DNA of 44,686 nucleotides from Octopus bimaculoides (GCF_001194135.2 NC_068983.1:162347381-162392066), one strand, 5' to 3'; positions 36,401 through 44,006 are shown, counted from the stretch's first letter. Made by a program: numbers and translations. The notes: generated by a model from the letters alone, not told the origin.

Positions 36401-39400
36401 TGACTAAACACCAAGAAATTTTGCTAAAAGTTAAATCCGATTCATCATAAGTATACTATCACCTGATTCACCAGACTATTGGATGTTGTCATACCTCACT
36501 GGTCACAATGCACTTTGCATCATTTTAGCATCCAAATGACGCCACCCCATTGGCTAAGTGAACAAGCTAACATTCCTCGTGATCAGAAGACTAGTCCATT
36601 GCAGGGTTACCCATTTAGTTTCTATTACCCATGGTGGCAAAAATATAATCCTAAAGTTGACTGACGCAGGAGTGGCTGCGTGGTAAGTAGCTTGCTTACC
36701 AACCACATGGTTCATTCTCACTGCGTGGCACCTTGGGCAAATGTCTTTAACTATAGCCTCGGGCCAACCAAAGCCTTGTGAGTGGATTTGGTAGGCGGAA
36801 ACTGAAAGAAGCCCGTCGTATATATGTATATATATATGTATGTGTGTGTATATGTTTGTCCCCCCAACATCGCTTGACAACCGATGGTAGTGTATTTACG
36901 TCCCCGTAACTTAGCGGTACGGCAAAAGAGACCGATAGAATAAGAACTAGGCTTCCAAAGAATAAGTCCTGGGGTCGATTTGCTCGACTAAAGGCGGTGC
37001 TCCAGCATGGCCGCAGTAAAATGACTGAAACAAGTAAAAGAGTAAAAGAGAGAGTGACTCTAATAAAAAATTAAAAAAAAGATTAACTAAAAGAATACAC
37101 TTCTCACCACAGTAACTAATTAGAAAAAACAAAAAACAAAACATCAATTCATTCAAAATGTATATAAAAGGTAACAAAAAACAACAACAACTCACTGCCG
37201 TCATCATTATTCTCTTCTTCGTCAGCAATAACACTATCATCGTTATTCTCATCTGCAAGAAGTTCCTTATGTTTCTTACTTTTCTTCTTCTTTCTCTTCC
37301 TACTCTTATCCAGATCTGAACCAAATAACACAACAAACCATGCCTTAATTAATTTAACATCTTCATAATGTATATCAACATCATCTTCCTTAAACTTCAG
37401 CAGTTCATTTGTTTCAGTGTTCCTTCATTAATTTTACAAACAGCTGGTCCAATGTCCTGACAAAGTAAGTCCTTAACAAACACTTGCAGTTTTGCCATTT
37501 ACCATTAAACCTTTTGGCATCCATAATGGTTAAATCTAGATACGATAAACTTATTGCTCACAGAGGTCATCAGAAATACTAACAACTTATGCTAGATGTC
37601 AGGTTCTTCAACAGTTATACATTTCTTCATTTCTATAGAAATCCTTCTACAATACTAAAATCTTCATTAACATAAAACGCAAACTTTTAACAAGCTCTTA
37701 CTTCAAATACATTCTGTAAATTGATAGAAATCTCTGCAATAAAGCTGCTCCTGCCCCACAAATCACTGCAATAAAACTTCCCCATAAATCAATAAAACTG
37801 CCTCCCTATAAACCTCTACAATACTTTTTAACAGTTTGCTTATCAAACCTTCATATAATTCCTTCTTGTTAAAATTTCTTCTTTTCTATACATTTATGTG
37901 AAAGAAAGTCTGAACAAGAGCGAAAACGTGTGCTTTAGGGCAATTCTCACATGACTGAGACACAATTTATGAAAGCTGTAAATCTTCAACATTATGAAAA
38001 TTGTATTGATTCATCTTCCATAGTAAAGTGTGACCACCTAGACAAATATTAAGCTAAAAACTTTTTCTTAGAAGGAATGTATGTTGAATTTCTTAAAGTG
38101 GATCCAAAATATGTGATGTACAGGACATTGCACAGAATAACTGTTTCCACCTGAAAATCTTAACTGCTAATTCCTCTGAATTTCTGCAGAGCAACATCAA
38201 AAACCTCAATGTGTTTATTTACATTGGAACCTTGAATATATAGTCTGGACAGGGCACCCAGTGACTACCACCTGCTCCCTAAGTTGAAAGAACATTTGGC
38301 TGGAATACGCTTCAGCAATGACAAGATGAAAGACGAGGTTCAACGCTTCCTCAACGACATGGTGGTGAGCTGGTATGATATGGCTATACAAAAACTGCCC
38401 CAGCACCTACAAAAATGCATCAACCGAAATGGCAATTTATGTAAAAAAAATAGATAAATGTTCAAACTTTAAAATGATGTAAGCATCATTGATAATAAAC
38501 ATTTCTGTGATACATTATTTACAATTGGCGGATATTTGTCCTCATCTTGTTTGTTGTTAACACGTTTCGGCTGATATACCCTCCAGCCTTCATCAGGTGT
38601 CTTGGGGAAATTTCGAACCTGGGTTCTCATTCCTAAGGTATTTTTATATGTTGTTGTTGTTGCTGTTGCTATTATTATCATTATATCTTTTTCATTATTC
38701 AGGTCACTGCTTGGAATCGAACTCGGAGTCTTGGGGTTACCTTGGGAATGAGAGCCCAGGTTCAAAATTTCTCCAAGACACCTGATGAAGGCTGGAGGGT
38801 ATATCAGCCGAAACATTGTGTTAACAACAAACAAGATGAGGACAAATATCCATCAAATGTAAATAATGTACATAATTCCTCATCTCTTAAAATATAGAAC
38901 CATTTCTGTGATTTCTAAATATTTTTAGAGACCTTACTTTTGGGATTACGCGCTGATTGATGATACAATTGGATCTGCTCACTGTTACCTTCAAGTTCAT
39001 TTTCTACATTTAAAACCATTTCTAAATAGTCCTCATCGTTTACATTAGCTTCACTATTCTCGTTCGTCTCTGGACTGTCTTCAAAGTATGCACTACCATT
39101 GAGTTGCTGATCAGTGACTGCAAATATAACACAGTAATTGATGGAAAGCATCGAGGAAAGAAAGATCTTCACTTCAGTCCAGTTAACAACTGTAGAGTTT
39201 CTTGAAGGAATCAAACTGTGAAACGGACTAAACTCTAACGGTAGGAACAAATACATTATACACTATGCAAACTTTAAGAATAAAAATAAAATGAGTGCAT
39301 GGAAAACAAAATACAATAGAAATATACTCAAAGAGATTGCTATCTTTTGGTGCCAGCTATAATATTTAACTGTGTAGAATAGATTGTAATTCTGAGCACA

Positions 39401-40233
39401 TTAATAAACTGAACCACAAAAGAAACGTCGCACACATACTAACTAGAAACCGGTTTTTTAACAGACTGCCATAGCATTGATTAAAGAGTGCTAATTAGGA
39501 AACTGTTCTTTCCAAATGATAAAAGATAATTTCATTAAATCGGGACCTCTAGAGATATGCTGTGGCTGCGAAGACTCAGCAAATAAAGTGAGTTCAAAGC
39601 TGAAACCTACACCAGTGTCACATAACCAGCCCCTGTCCCAGCCCACTCAAAAGTACCTTGGATCGGAGGGCGACACGCTGTGCTCGAGGAGACCTATTGA
39701 GTCACGTACATCAAAATCAAATGGAAATTGTAGTTGTGATCCCCGTGCCAGTGGCATGTAAAAGGCACCATCTGAATGTGACAGATGCCAGTGCCACCTT
39801 GATTGGCTTCCATGCCAGTGGCATGTAAAAAAACACCAACCGATTGTGGTCATTGCCAGCCTCCTCTGGCCCCTGTGCCGGTGCATGTAAAAAGCACCCG
39901 CTACACTCTCGGAGTGGTTGGCGTTAGGAAGGGCATCCAGTTATAGAAACACTGCCAGATCAGACTGGCAAATTTAATGATAACTAAGTTATTGTACTAA
40001 ATTCATTGCTATACTTAATTGAAAGAAACACAGAGCATCTCAAAATAAATACAGTAACGAAAGGGTTAACACAGAAAAACTTACAGGACATACACGGATA
40101 AGTTATGACTCATTGCTGATGTGATTCATTCAGAATTACAAACTTGAAAACCGTAAAAATGTGATTTGTAAAAATATAGGAGGTGGGGATAAGTGAATGA
40201 CTTACCATTAGCAGGAGGGGTCACAGAAGACAT
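1403..40233 (-). CDS. UBTF: Multi-exon gene for a UBF/UBTF-like (upstream binding factor, Pol I) HMG-box protein; 17 coding exons found, at least ~557 aa
   Basis: The spliced exons give KWPKEDVLRLLVSLQNNL...LWQRVQFDSYTPEDCKDMY...VRKIRTMLEIVKDA. This matches the human UBF N-terminal domain as I recall it (RWSQEDMLTLLECMKNNL...DWEKVAFKDFSGDMCKLKW...VRKFRTLTELILDA). Three HMG boxes follow (PKPMTPFRLY..., PEKPCSNGFGLF..., RSRPASAFLLY...). All introns are GT-AG and phases agree at every junction except 24599/19711. Confidence 0.9.
3145..3496 (+). mobile_element. mariner 3' fragment with right TIR
   Basis: Frameshifted HPPYSPDLSP(T)-YHFFKHL...WQKCVD, followed by the TIR-like ...TTCTCGACAACCTAATA. 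Confidence 0.85.
3758..3901 (-). CDS. UBTF: UBTF-like exon, 144 nt, HMG box 3 (SAFLLYYSENKDSLPDLCKTERYKTLQKRWKLLPKASQESYKLQRKE)
   Basis: tttttcttaaattcag| acceptor, |gtaact donor, phase 2-2. Conserved HMG Trp in the motif WKLLP...YK. Confidence 0.9.
4145..4800 (+). mobile_element. RTE-type LINE 3' fragment
   Basis: GRPRKTWDEVVKHDL remnant plus the same 3'UTR as 28665-29432. Confidence 0.8.
5645..5845 (-). mobile_element. Second tRNA-derived SINE family
   Basis: Minus strand GGCGAGCTGGCAGAAACGTTAGCACGCCGGGCGAAATG...GAGTTCCAATTCCG. Copies at about 1540-1935, 17105-17330, 31070-31150, 32370-32525, 32600-32700 and 33020-33135. Confidence 0.75.
6412..6492. repeat. (AT)n microsatellite
   Basis: Direct inspection. 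Similar tracts at ~21410-21478, (CT)n at ~5475-5497 and (AG)n at ~15179-15220. Confidence 0.95.
6546..6563 (-). CDS. UBTF: UBTF-like 18-nt microexon (K-KRSRP-A), N-terminal strand of HMG box 3
   Basis: ttttcttttttctag| acceptor, |gtaagt donor, phase 2-2. Joins to give KKRSRPASAFLLYY, like the HMG motif PKRPxSAxxLF. Confidence 0.78.
8270..8415 (+). mobile_element. Truncated copy of the hammerhead-motif element with 3' tail
   Basis: CTGATGAAGGCTGGAGAGTACATCAGCCAAAAT (GAAA mutated), then the body and tail. Confidence 0.65.
8679..8695 (-). CDS. UBTF: UBTF-like 17-nt microexon (EQLQL+AA)
   Basis: Very long pyrimidine tract then cacag|, donor |gtaagt. Phase 0-2 is required to keep the frame. Confidence 0.75.
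8783..9466. mobile_element. piggyBac-type MITE family B, interrupted by the family-A pair
   Basis: TTAA-CCCTT...AAGGG-TCAA ends. The homologous copy at 12699-13289 shows the empty TTAA site. Confidence 0.7.
8937..9409. mobile_element. Two tandem ~221-bp piggyBac-type MITEs (family A: 8937-9157 and 9189-9409)
   Basis: TTAA-CCCTTTCG...CGAAAGGG-TTAA ends and near-identical internal halves. Partial copies at ~19985-20101 and ~39970-40068. Confidence 0.8.
9713..10969 (-). mobile_element. Full-length but degenerate mariner element (~1.26 kb)
   Basis: TA at 9711-12 and 10970-71, imperfect TIRs (T/C)TGGGTCATCC..., and broken transposase with WVPHKL, IVTGDE, HQDNA and YSPDIAPSDYHLF. Confidence 0.93.
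11134..11226 (-). CDS. UBTF: UBTF-like exon, 93 nt, end of HMG2 (EKIEYQEKVYEYVSKLSPEECLLTINSKLVE)
   Basis: gcttttttttag| acceptor, |gtaggt donor, phase 0-0. Confidence 0.85.
12125..12357 (+). mobile_element. Internally deleted Tc1/mariner-superfamily element (maT/DD37D-like), 233 bp
   Basis: 27-bp TIRs with 1 mismatch, TA on both sides, and internal QEFFGERIISKGL*PPRSPDLTLADFFVWG...VYKNHP. Confidence 0.85.
12408..12549 (-). CDS. UBTF: UBTF-like exon, 142 nt, HMG box 2 (NGFGLFIKTSGHLLVDVKSTERMKGLSKIFNDLPAAVKEDYENRNRL)
   Basis: tttattttgcag| acceptor, |gtaaag donor, phase 2-0. Confidence 0.9.
12699..13289. mobile_element. piggyBac-type MITE family B, interrupted by the hammerhead-bearing element
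   Basis: TTAA-CCCTTTGG...GCAAAGGG-TCAA, colinear with 8783-9466 outside the insertions. Confidence 0.7.
12809..13167 (+). mobile_element. tRNA-headed, hammerhead-motif short retroelement, inverted composite (locus 1)
   Basis: Inverted arms 12809-12937 and 13016-13139, tRNA-like A/B-box head at 12939-12995, a 28-nt tail only on the right, and a ~11-bp flanking duplication tgattg(t/c)ttat. Confidence 0.75.
13390..13680 (+). mobile_element. Third tRNA-derived SINE-like family
   Basis: TGGCTTAGAGGTTAGG...AGTTCAATAC head followed by TGTGTCCTTGAATAAGACAC. A related reverse copy lies at about 30340-30540. Confidence 0.55.
14347..14462 (-). CDS. UBTF: UBTF-like exon, 116 nt, end of HMG1 and linker (EEVKEYKRVYPDFTMKPVFSKFEQKMLLRRLGIPEKPC)
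   Basis: ttttgttacag| acceptor, AG|gtaaaa donor, phase 0-2. Resembles human HPDL...IPEKP. Confidence 0.9.
15380..15867 (+). mobile_element. RTE-related 3'UTR fragment with (GAT)n tail
   Basis: High similarity to the other copies. Further fragments at about 2810-3040, 4990-5130, 5920-6120, 7250-7440, 7700-8080, 11430-11825, 14590-14870, 21200-21365, 26240-26370, 27240-27400, 30030-30340, 30740-30925, 34440-34805, 35880-36242 and 39620-39968. Confidence 0.8.
16410..16990 (-). mobile_element. RTE-related 3'UTR fragment with internal tandem units
   Basis: (CAT)n head on +, and repeated GGTGCTTTTTAYRTGCCACC units. Confidence 0.75.
17593..17703 (-). CDS. UBTF: UBTF-like exon, 111 nt, HMG box 1 helices 2-3 (LRQINILNRLSKQWISLDNKKKMKYIVQAQDWEKKYL)
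   Basis: ccccttttcag| acceptor, |gtaagt donor, phase 0-0. Resembles human LSKKYKELPEKKKMKY. Confidence 0.92.
18226..18262 (-). ncRNA. Minimal hammerhead ribozyme-like motif (family 2)
   Basis: TCTTT-CTGTTGA-A-GAGC(gta)GCTC-GAA-ACGT-C-AAAGA. All stems are perfect; core position 6 is U instead of A. Confidence 0.55.
19618..19711 (-). CDS. UBTF: UBTF-like exon, 94 nt, start of HMG box 1 (YTKALPKPKPMTPFRLYIESHRKKALKKFPQ)
   Basis: tttttccataacag| acceptor (phase 2), |gtaagt donor (phase 0). HMG helix-1 motif P-M-T-P-F-x-L-Y. Confidence 0.88.
20100..20705 (-). mobile_element. RTE-related 3'UTR fragment with an expanded tandem array
   Basis: Same family, with about 7-8 imperfect units containing GGTGCTTTTTACRTGCCAC..GCACAGGAGCCAGT. 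Confidence 0.75.
22225..23722 (-). mobile_element. piggyBac DNA transposon (decayed, contains an N-gap)
   Basis: TTAA at 22221-24 and 23723-26, with 13-bp TIRs CCCTTTCGTTACC / CCCTTTCATTACC. A transposase remnant lies inside. Confidence 0.92.
22798..23444 (-). pseudogene. piggyBac (PGBD4-like, DDE_Tnp_1_7 type) transposase N-terminal remnant
   Basis: Acidic N-terminus, then FFLLFP...ITAETNRYA...W.PT...EIKEYFAINIIMGI.KLP...YWS...IMTR..FLKL.QYLH...DPLFKIRPLID. In-frame TAG at 23412-14 and a frameshift in the poly-T near 23348. Confidence 0.88.
24599..24655 (-). CDS. UBTF: UBTF-like exon, 57 nt (VRKIRTMLEIVKDAIKILP)
   Basis: ttttaaag| acceptor, |gtaagt donor, phase 0-0. Resembles human VRKFRTLTELILDA. 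Confidence 0.9.
25090..25900 (+). mobile_element. RTE-type LINE 3' end (second subfamily)
   Basis: LREMLDKRSIGYGVQERRLRWYGHVLQM...GRPRKTWDEVVKHDLRMLGL, then the shared 3'UTR and (GAT)n. Confidence 0.85.
25955..26127 (-). CDS. UBTF: UBTF-like exon, 173 nt, UBF N-terminal (dimerisation-type) domain
   Basis: tctttcag| acceptor, |gtaagt donor, phase 1-0. Encodes NRKQKWPKEDVLRLLVSLQNNLSDSKTLKTEELWQRVQFDSYTPEDCKDMYTAAVSK. Confidence 0.93.
27912..28192 (+). repeat. Unclassified dispersed repeat ending in a hairpin; second copy at ~1010-1330
   Basis: The two copies are clearly homologous. This one ends ACCTCCGTC-ttcattaa-GGCGGAGGT. Confidence 0.65.
28244..28294 (-). CDS. UBTF: UBTF-like exon, 51 nt (QKKVKKEKEESNLLIS)
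   Basis: cttttttattttaag| acceptor, A|gtgagt donor, phase 1-1. Confidence 0.75.
28325..28613. repeat. 289-bp near-perfect palindrome (arms ~138 and 136 bp, 15-nt spacer)
   Basis: 28325-28462 is the reverse complement of 28478-28613, with few mismatches, concentrated near the centre. Confidence 0.95.
28665..29432 (-). mobile_element. RTE-type LINE 3' end: ORF2 C-terminus, 3'UTR and (GAT)n tail
   Basis: LREKL.IRSI...ERRLRWYGHVVRM...EGTRGRGRPRKTW...DRDLWKYAV is the RTE C-terminal signature; microsatellite tail. Confidence 0.88.
31455..31658 (-). CDS. UBTF: UBTF-like exon, 204 nt (DGVKKKKKKHKKHKKEEDDEEEEEE...KIDE)
   Basis: ttgtttgcag| acceptor, G|gtgagt donor, phase 1-1. Confidence 0.85.
33229..33327 (-). 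CDS. UBTF: UBTF-like exon, 99 nt (SKKKKRKKIKKHESITEENEDSNIGDVLNIDE)
   Basis: tgtttccttcag| acceptor, G|gtgagt donor, phase 1-1. The coding frame is not the one shown in the ORF track. Confidence 0.85.
35431..35855. repeat. ~125-bp direct repeat pair (35431-35550 and 35727-35855)
   Basis: ATGCAACTTA.G.TGAAAGTCAACAAA...TGCTAATAATATA.CATGAACAG occurs in both. Confidence 0.8.
35583..35657 (-). pseudogene. Degenerate tRNA-like sequence (Met-like loop TGCATAA), pseudogene or SINE head
   Basis: T-arm GTGAG-TTCGAGT-CTCAT is good. D and anticodon stems are imperfect, and the acceptor stem pairs only with a 4-nt bulge. Confidence 0.45.
36666..37050 (+). mobile_element. Full-length tRNA-derived SINE (most abundant family)
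   Basis: A-box-like TGGCTGCGTGGTAAG, central GCACCTTGGGCAA...CTATAGCC, internal (AT/GT)n, and an (AGTAAAAG)-like tail. Other copies at about 355-495, 13965-14300, 19330-19495, 24140-24330, 29490-29835, 31780-32155, 33945-34320 and 41900-42330. Confidence 0.8.
37196..37315 (-). CDS. UBTF: UBTF-like exon, 120 nt (LDKSRKRKKKKSKKHKELLADENNDDSVIADEEENNDDG)
   Basis: ttatttggttcag| acceptor, A|gtgagt donor, phase 1-1. Confidence 0.85.
38239..38445 (+). mobile_element. mariner transposase C-terminal fragment
   Basis: Manual translation: YSLDRAPSDYHLLPKLKEHLAGIRF...WYDMAIQKLPQHLQKCINRNG. Confidence 0.8.
38511..38899. mobile_element. tRNA-headed, hammerhead-motif short retroelement, inverted composite (locus 2)
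   Basis: Inverted arms 38511-38638 and 38740-38870, B-box remnant on the minus strand, tail at 38871-38899, and a perfect 11-bp TSD CATTTCTGTGA (38500-10, 38901-11). Confidence 0.8.
38777..38822 (+). ncRNA. Minimal type-I hammerhead ribozyme-like motif (best-preserved family-1 copy)
   Basis: GACAC-CTGATGA-A-GGCTG(loop10)CAGCC-GAA-ACAT-T-GTGTT. Stem I, core and stem II are intact; stem III ACGT has changed to ACAT. Confidence 0.6.
38989..39117 (-). CDS. UBTF: UBTF-like exon, 129 nt, acidic (TDQQLNGSAYFEDSPETNENSEANVNDEDYLEMVLNVENELE)
   Basis: ttatatttgcag| acceptor, G|gtaaca donor, phase 1-1, open frame. Confidence 0.75.
40206..40233 (-). CDS. UBTF: UBTF-like coding exon 1 (MSSVTPPAN); exon probably starts in the 5'UTR at 40273
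   Basis: Acceptor ttgtttctcaaacag| (AG 40274-75), ATG at 40233, donor G|gtaagt (GT 40204-05). Phase 1 matches the next exon. Confidence 0.7.
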
Positions 40234-40489
40234 GTCTTGTGTTTCTGATATATCACCAGTCTTTAAAAAGTAACTGTTTGAGAAACAAAATACAAGAATT
40301 TATGAGTGCACATGTAAAAAGGTTTGTGTACAAGTTATACACACACATCATCATCATCATCATGAAGCATCTTCCATGCTACCGACACTCTCCTTCAATG
40401 CCCAATTCTTTGATATACTCTAGCTTGTTTCATGACCAACAAACCATTCAGTGGCATATGTTCTCTTCTTTGTTGTCAAATCCATTCTA

Positions 40490-40616
40490 CAGGGTGTTCA
40501 CAAAGTCTGGGTACATGGGGATTGACACATACTTTAAGAAATTATTATTTCTTATATTTAATTGTTTATGCTATGATTTTATTTACTCCATGTACCCAGT
40601 CTTTGTGGACACCCTG
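40490..40616. mobile_element. 127-bp Tc1/mariner-type MITE
   Basis: ~29-bp TIRs CAGGGTGTTCACAAAGTCTGGGTACATGG / CCATGTACCCAGTCTTTGTGGACACCCTG, flanked by TA. Confidence 0.85.
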
Positions 40617-42387
40617 TATAATCACCTTTCCCACCCTTGTAGTATTTTTCGATTTTTCTTTAGTTTGTGAGCATCACTCTCACTATAAAACTCCAGAAAT
40701 TTGTCTTCATGTTTTTTTAAGTCATACACAGTGCTAGTTCCAAAGTTCCAACACCATATTCAATTTTAATGTATGTCAGTATGTATATGTGCACGCCTGC
40801 CATCCCCCCCCCCNNNNNNNNNNNNNNNNNNNNNNNNNNNNNNNNNNNNNNNNNNNNNNNNNNNNNNNNNNNNNNNNNNNNNNNNNNNNNNNNNNNNNNN
40901 NNNNNNNNNNNNNNNNNNNNNNNNNNNNNNNNNNNNNNNNNNNNNNNNNNNNNNNNNNNNNNNNNNNNNNNNNNNNNNNNNNNNNNNNNNNNNNNNNNNN
41001 NNNNNNNNNNNNNNNNNNNNNNNNNNNNNNNNNNNNNNNNNNNNNNNNNNNNNNNNNNNNNNNNNNNNNNNNNNNNNNNNNNNNNNNNNNNNNNNNNNNN
41101 NNNNNNNNNNNNNNNNNNNNNNNNNNNNNNNNNNNNNNNNNNNNNNNNNNNNNNNNNNNNNNNNNNNNNNNNNNNNNNNNNNNNNNNNNNNNNNNNNNNN
41201 NNNNNNNNNNNNNNNNNNNNNNNNNNNNNNNNNNNNNNNNNNNNNNNNNNNNNNNNNNNNNNNNNNNNNNNNNNNNNNNNNNNNNNNNNNNNNNNNNNNN
41301 NNNNNNNNNNNNNNNNNNNNNNNNNNNNNNNNNNNNNNNNNNNNNNNNNNNNNNNNNNNNNNNNNNNNNNNNNNNNNNNNNNNNNNNNNNNNNNNNNNNN
41401 NNNNNNNNNNNNNNNNNNNNNNNNNNNNNNNNNNNNNNNNNNNNNNNNNNNNNNNNNNNNNNNNNNNNNNNNNNNNNNNNNNNNNNNNNNNNNNNNNNNN
41501 NNNNNNNNNNNNNNNNNNNNNNNNNNNNNNNNNNNNNNNNNNNNNNNNNNNNNNNNNNNNNNNNNNNNNNNNNNNNNNNNNNNNNNNNNNNNNNNNNNNN
41601 NNNNNNNNNNNNNNNNNNNNNNNNNNNNNNNNNNNNNNNNNNNNNNNNNNNNNNNNNNNNNNNNNNNNNNNNNNNNNNNNNNNNNNNNNNNNNNNNNNNN
41701 NNNNNNNNNNNNNNNNNNNNNNNNNNNNNNNNNNNNNNNNNNNNNNNNNNNNNNNNNNNNNNNNNNNNNNNNNNTTTTTACGGGGAAATCGCATGACCGC
41801 GAAAACGAAAATCGTCAAAATTAAAAAATAAAAAAGTTACAGCCATTTTCCCTCAGTGTCTAATTCCAATGTCCACCGACATCTTATCTTTCTATCTTTT
41901 GCAGCCATGCTGGAGCTTTGCCTTGAAGTGTTTAATCGAACAAATCGATCCCGATACCTATTTTTAAGGTTTGGTTCAGAAGAATAGTTTTCCCGAACCG
42001 CCACGTAACGGGGATGTCATAAACAAATTCACACCAGCCGTTTAGCGAATGAAGGGGTAACAAACACAAAGATATACACACACACATACACGACGGCCTT
42101 CCGCACAGCTTCTGTCTACCAAATCCACTTAGAAAGCATCGGTTGGCCCAGGGCTATAGTAGAAGACACAGCGATCCTGCAATATTGGTATACAGAAACG
42201 ACATTATTCACACTCTTTTTCAGCCTAGATATTTGCCCAAGGTGCCGCGGAGTGAGACCGAACCCGGGAAAAAAAACAAAAAAAAAAACGTGGTTGCAAA
42301 ACAAGCTTCTTAACCACACAGTCGGTACCCACGGCGCCAAAGAAGCAAGCGCTCAGACTGCTCCATTGTCGATTTCANNNNNNNNNN

Positions 42388-42428
<41 letters not shown>

Positions 42429-43230
42429 ATTAAACTGCCTCAATGCAGGTAAAATGAAAAAAAAACAAAGAGAATATAATTTAAAAAATTCAAAATGAGG
42501 GCGGCAGTTGAGACAAAACAGAACTGCACGTGGTGACTTCGCGCAAATAAGCGCCAACTTTAGATTTCATAGATGTTCATTATAAAAACACATACTAGCT
42601 AATATATTTTATCATAATATAAATTTTCAGCTTAAACAATGAACTACGCAAGTCTTGGAGGCTAAAAAAAATTTTATTTGTTACAAATCTGACGAAATGT
42701 AATTTCAAGAAAAAAGAAATATTGCCCGAGTTTGGGAAATATTTATCCTATAACACAATTAAAAATCGACATAACTACCCTGTAGTTATGCCGAAAAATC
42801 AATCGGAGCGAAATATTATTTCCGATTATTTATATTTTACTTGTTTCAGTCGTTGGAGTACGGCCATACTGGGGCACTGCCTTGACGGGTTTTAAGCCAA
42901 ATAGATCGACCAGAGGACCGATGAATATTTCTATTTCGAATTTAATGTTGAGATGTAATTTGGCGAGTAATACAATAACAAAGTTAGTGGTTAACAGGAA
43001 ATTCGATGAGGGAAATCGTGAATATAGACAAAGTTTAAATGTGTCGAAGCGAAGTGGTCATTAAAGTGTTGTCACACATCGAAGGAAACCGATCTAGTCG
43101 TTTTTTCATCCGTGTATATTCGTAATTTACATTACTGAACGTTCCCAGAAATTCGACAATAACTAGTATTTCCAAATAAACCAACATCAAATGAATTAAA
43201 AGGACTAATTCCGTAAAATGGTTCTCTTAC

Positions 43231-43285
43231 CTTTGCAAAAATCGTTGACACAATTTCAAAAGTTAAAAAAAAAAGCAACTTCCGG
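43231..43285 (-). promoter_or_regulatory. Candidate promoter and non-coding first exon of the UBTF-like gene
   Basis: Strong donor AAG|GTAAGA (GT 43229-30), no ATG in the short exon, ETS-type CCGGAAGT at 43278-85, and a CpG-retaining neighbourhood. Confidence 0.45.
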
Positions 43286-44006
43286 TACCAAGACTTACCT
43301 CCCTTAAAATGCGATCGCTGCGACTGCTAGAAACAGCAGCCAAATCTCAACTTACTGTCTTAATACGGGAAGGACATATTGAATAATGATCTAGATTAGG
43401 GGTACCATACGTCCGTATTTTCCAGGATATGTCCTGTATTCAGAAGTCAAAATTTGAGTCTAGGAAGAATTCTTAAAATTCTTGAAAGGTACCGAATTTC
43501 ACGTTAAAAAAATGAAACACACACAAACACATATATACATGAATACACAAGCACGCACATATTGGTAGATAGATACACACACATAAAACGTCGAAGGCCG
43601 AAAGTGCTTGCCGGGCAGGTGTCTATCAACGGAGTGTCTTGTCTTTTGTTTGCTCTGATACGGCAACGTCTATCTAGACACAATGGGCTTAAGAAAACAC
43701 AAAATTAGATAAACATGGGTTCGTAATAAGGAAAGACATGATTTTATATGGGAAAGTGGGTGTGATGTCTTTAACAGTCAAGTATGTCTCATTGACTCTC
43801 CCCAGACACGACAAGAAAAAAGTTAAACATTATTTAATCGGTTACATTCTTAGATATTTCTGTAAACATTAACCGATATTTTTATCATGAAGAGAAGCTT
43901 AATCAATTCAGGCAATTTAAACATGCGGAATATACTTGCCTTTTTTATTAAATAACTTTTTTTTTACCCATTTTAAGCAGTGTTCTTTCTTTAATAATGT
44001 TTAGAA

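Noticed and set aside
37700-37890. ~60-codon open stretch on the minus strand, vaguely like an L1/Tx1 ORF2 C-terminus
   Set aside because: No diagnostic motif; within chance expectation.
43388-43500. TAGGGGTACCATACGTCC, resembling a hAT (Blackjack-type) terminus
   Set aside because: No matching opposite TIR or 8-bp TSD was found.
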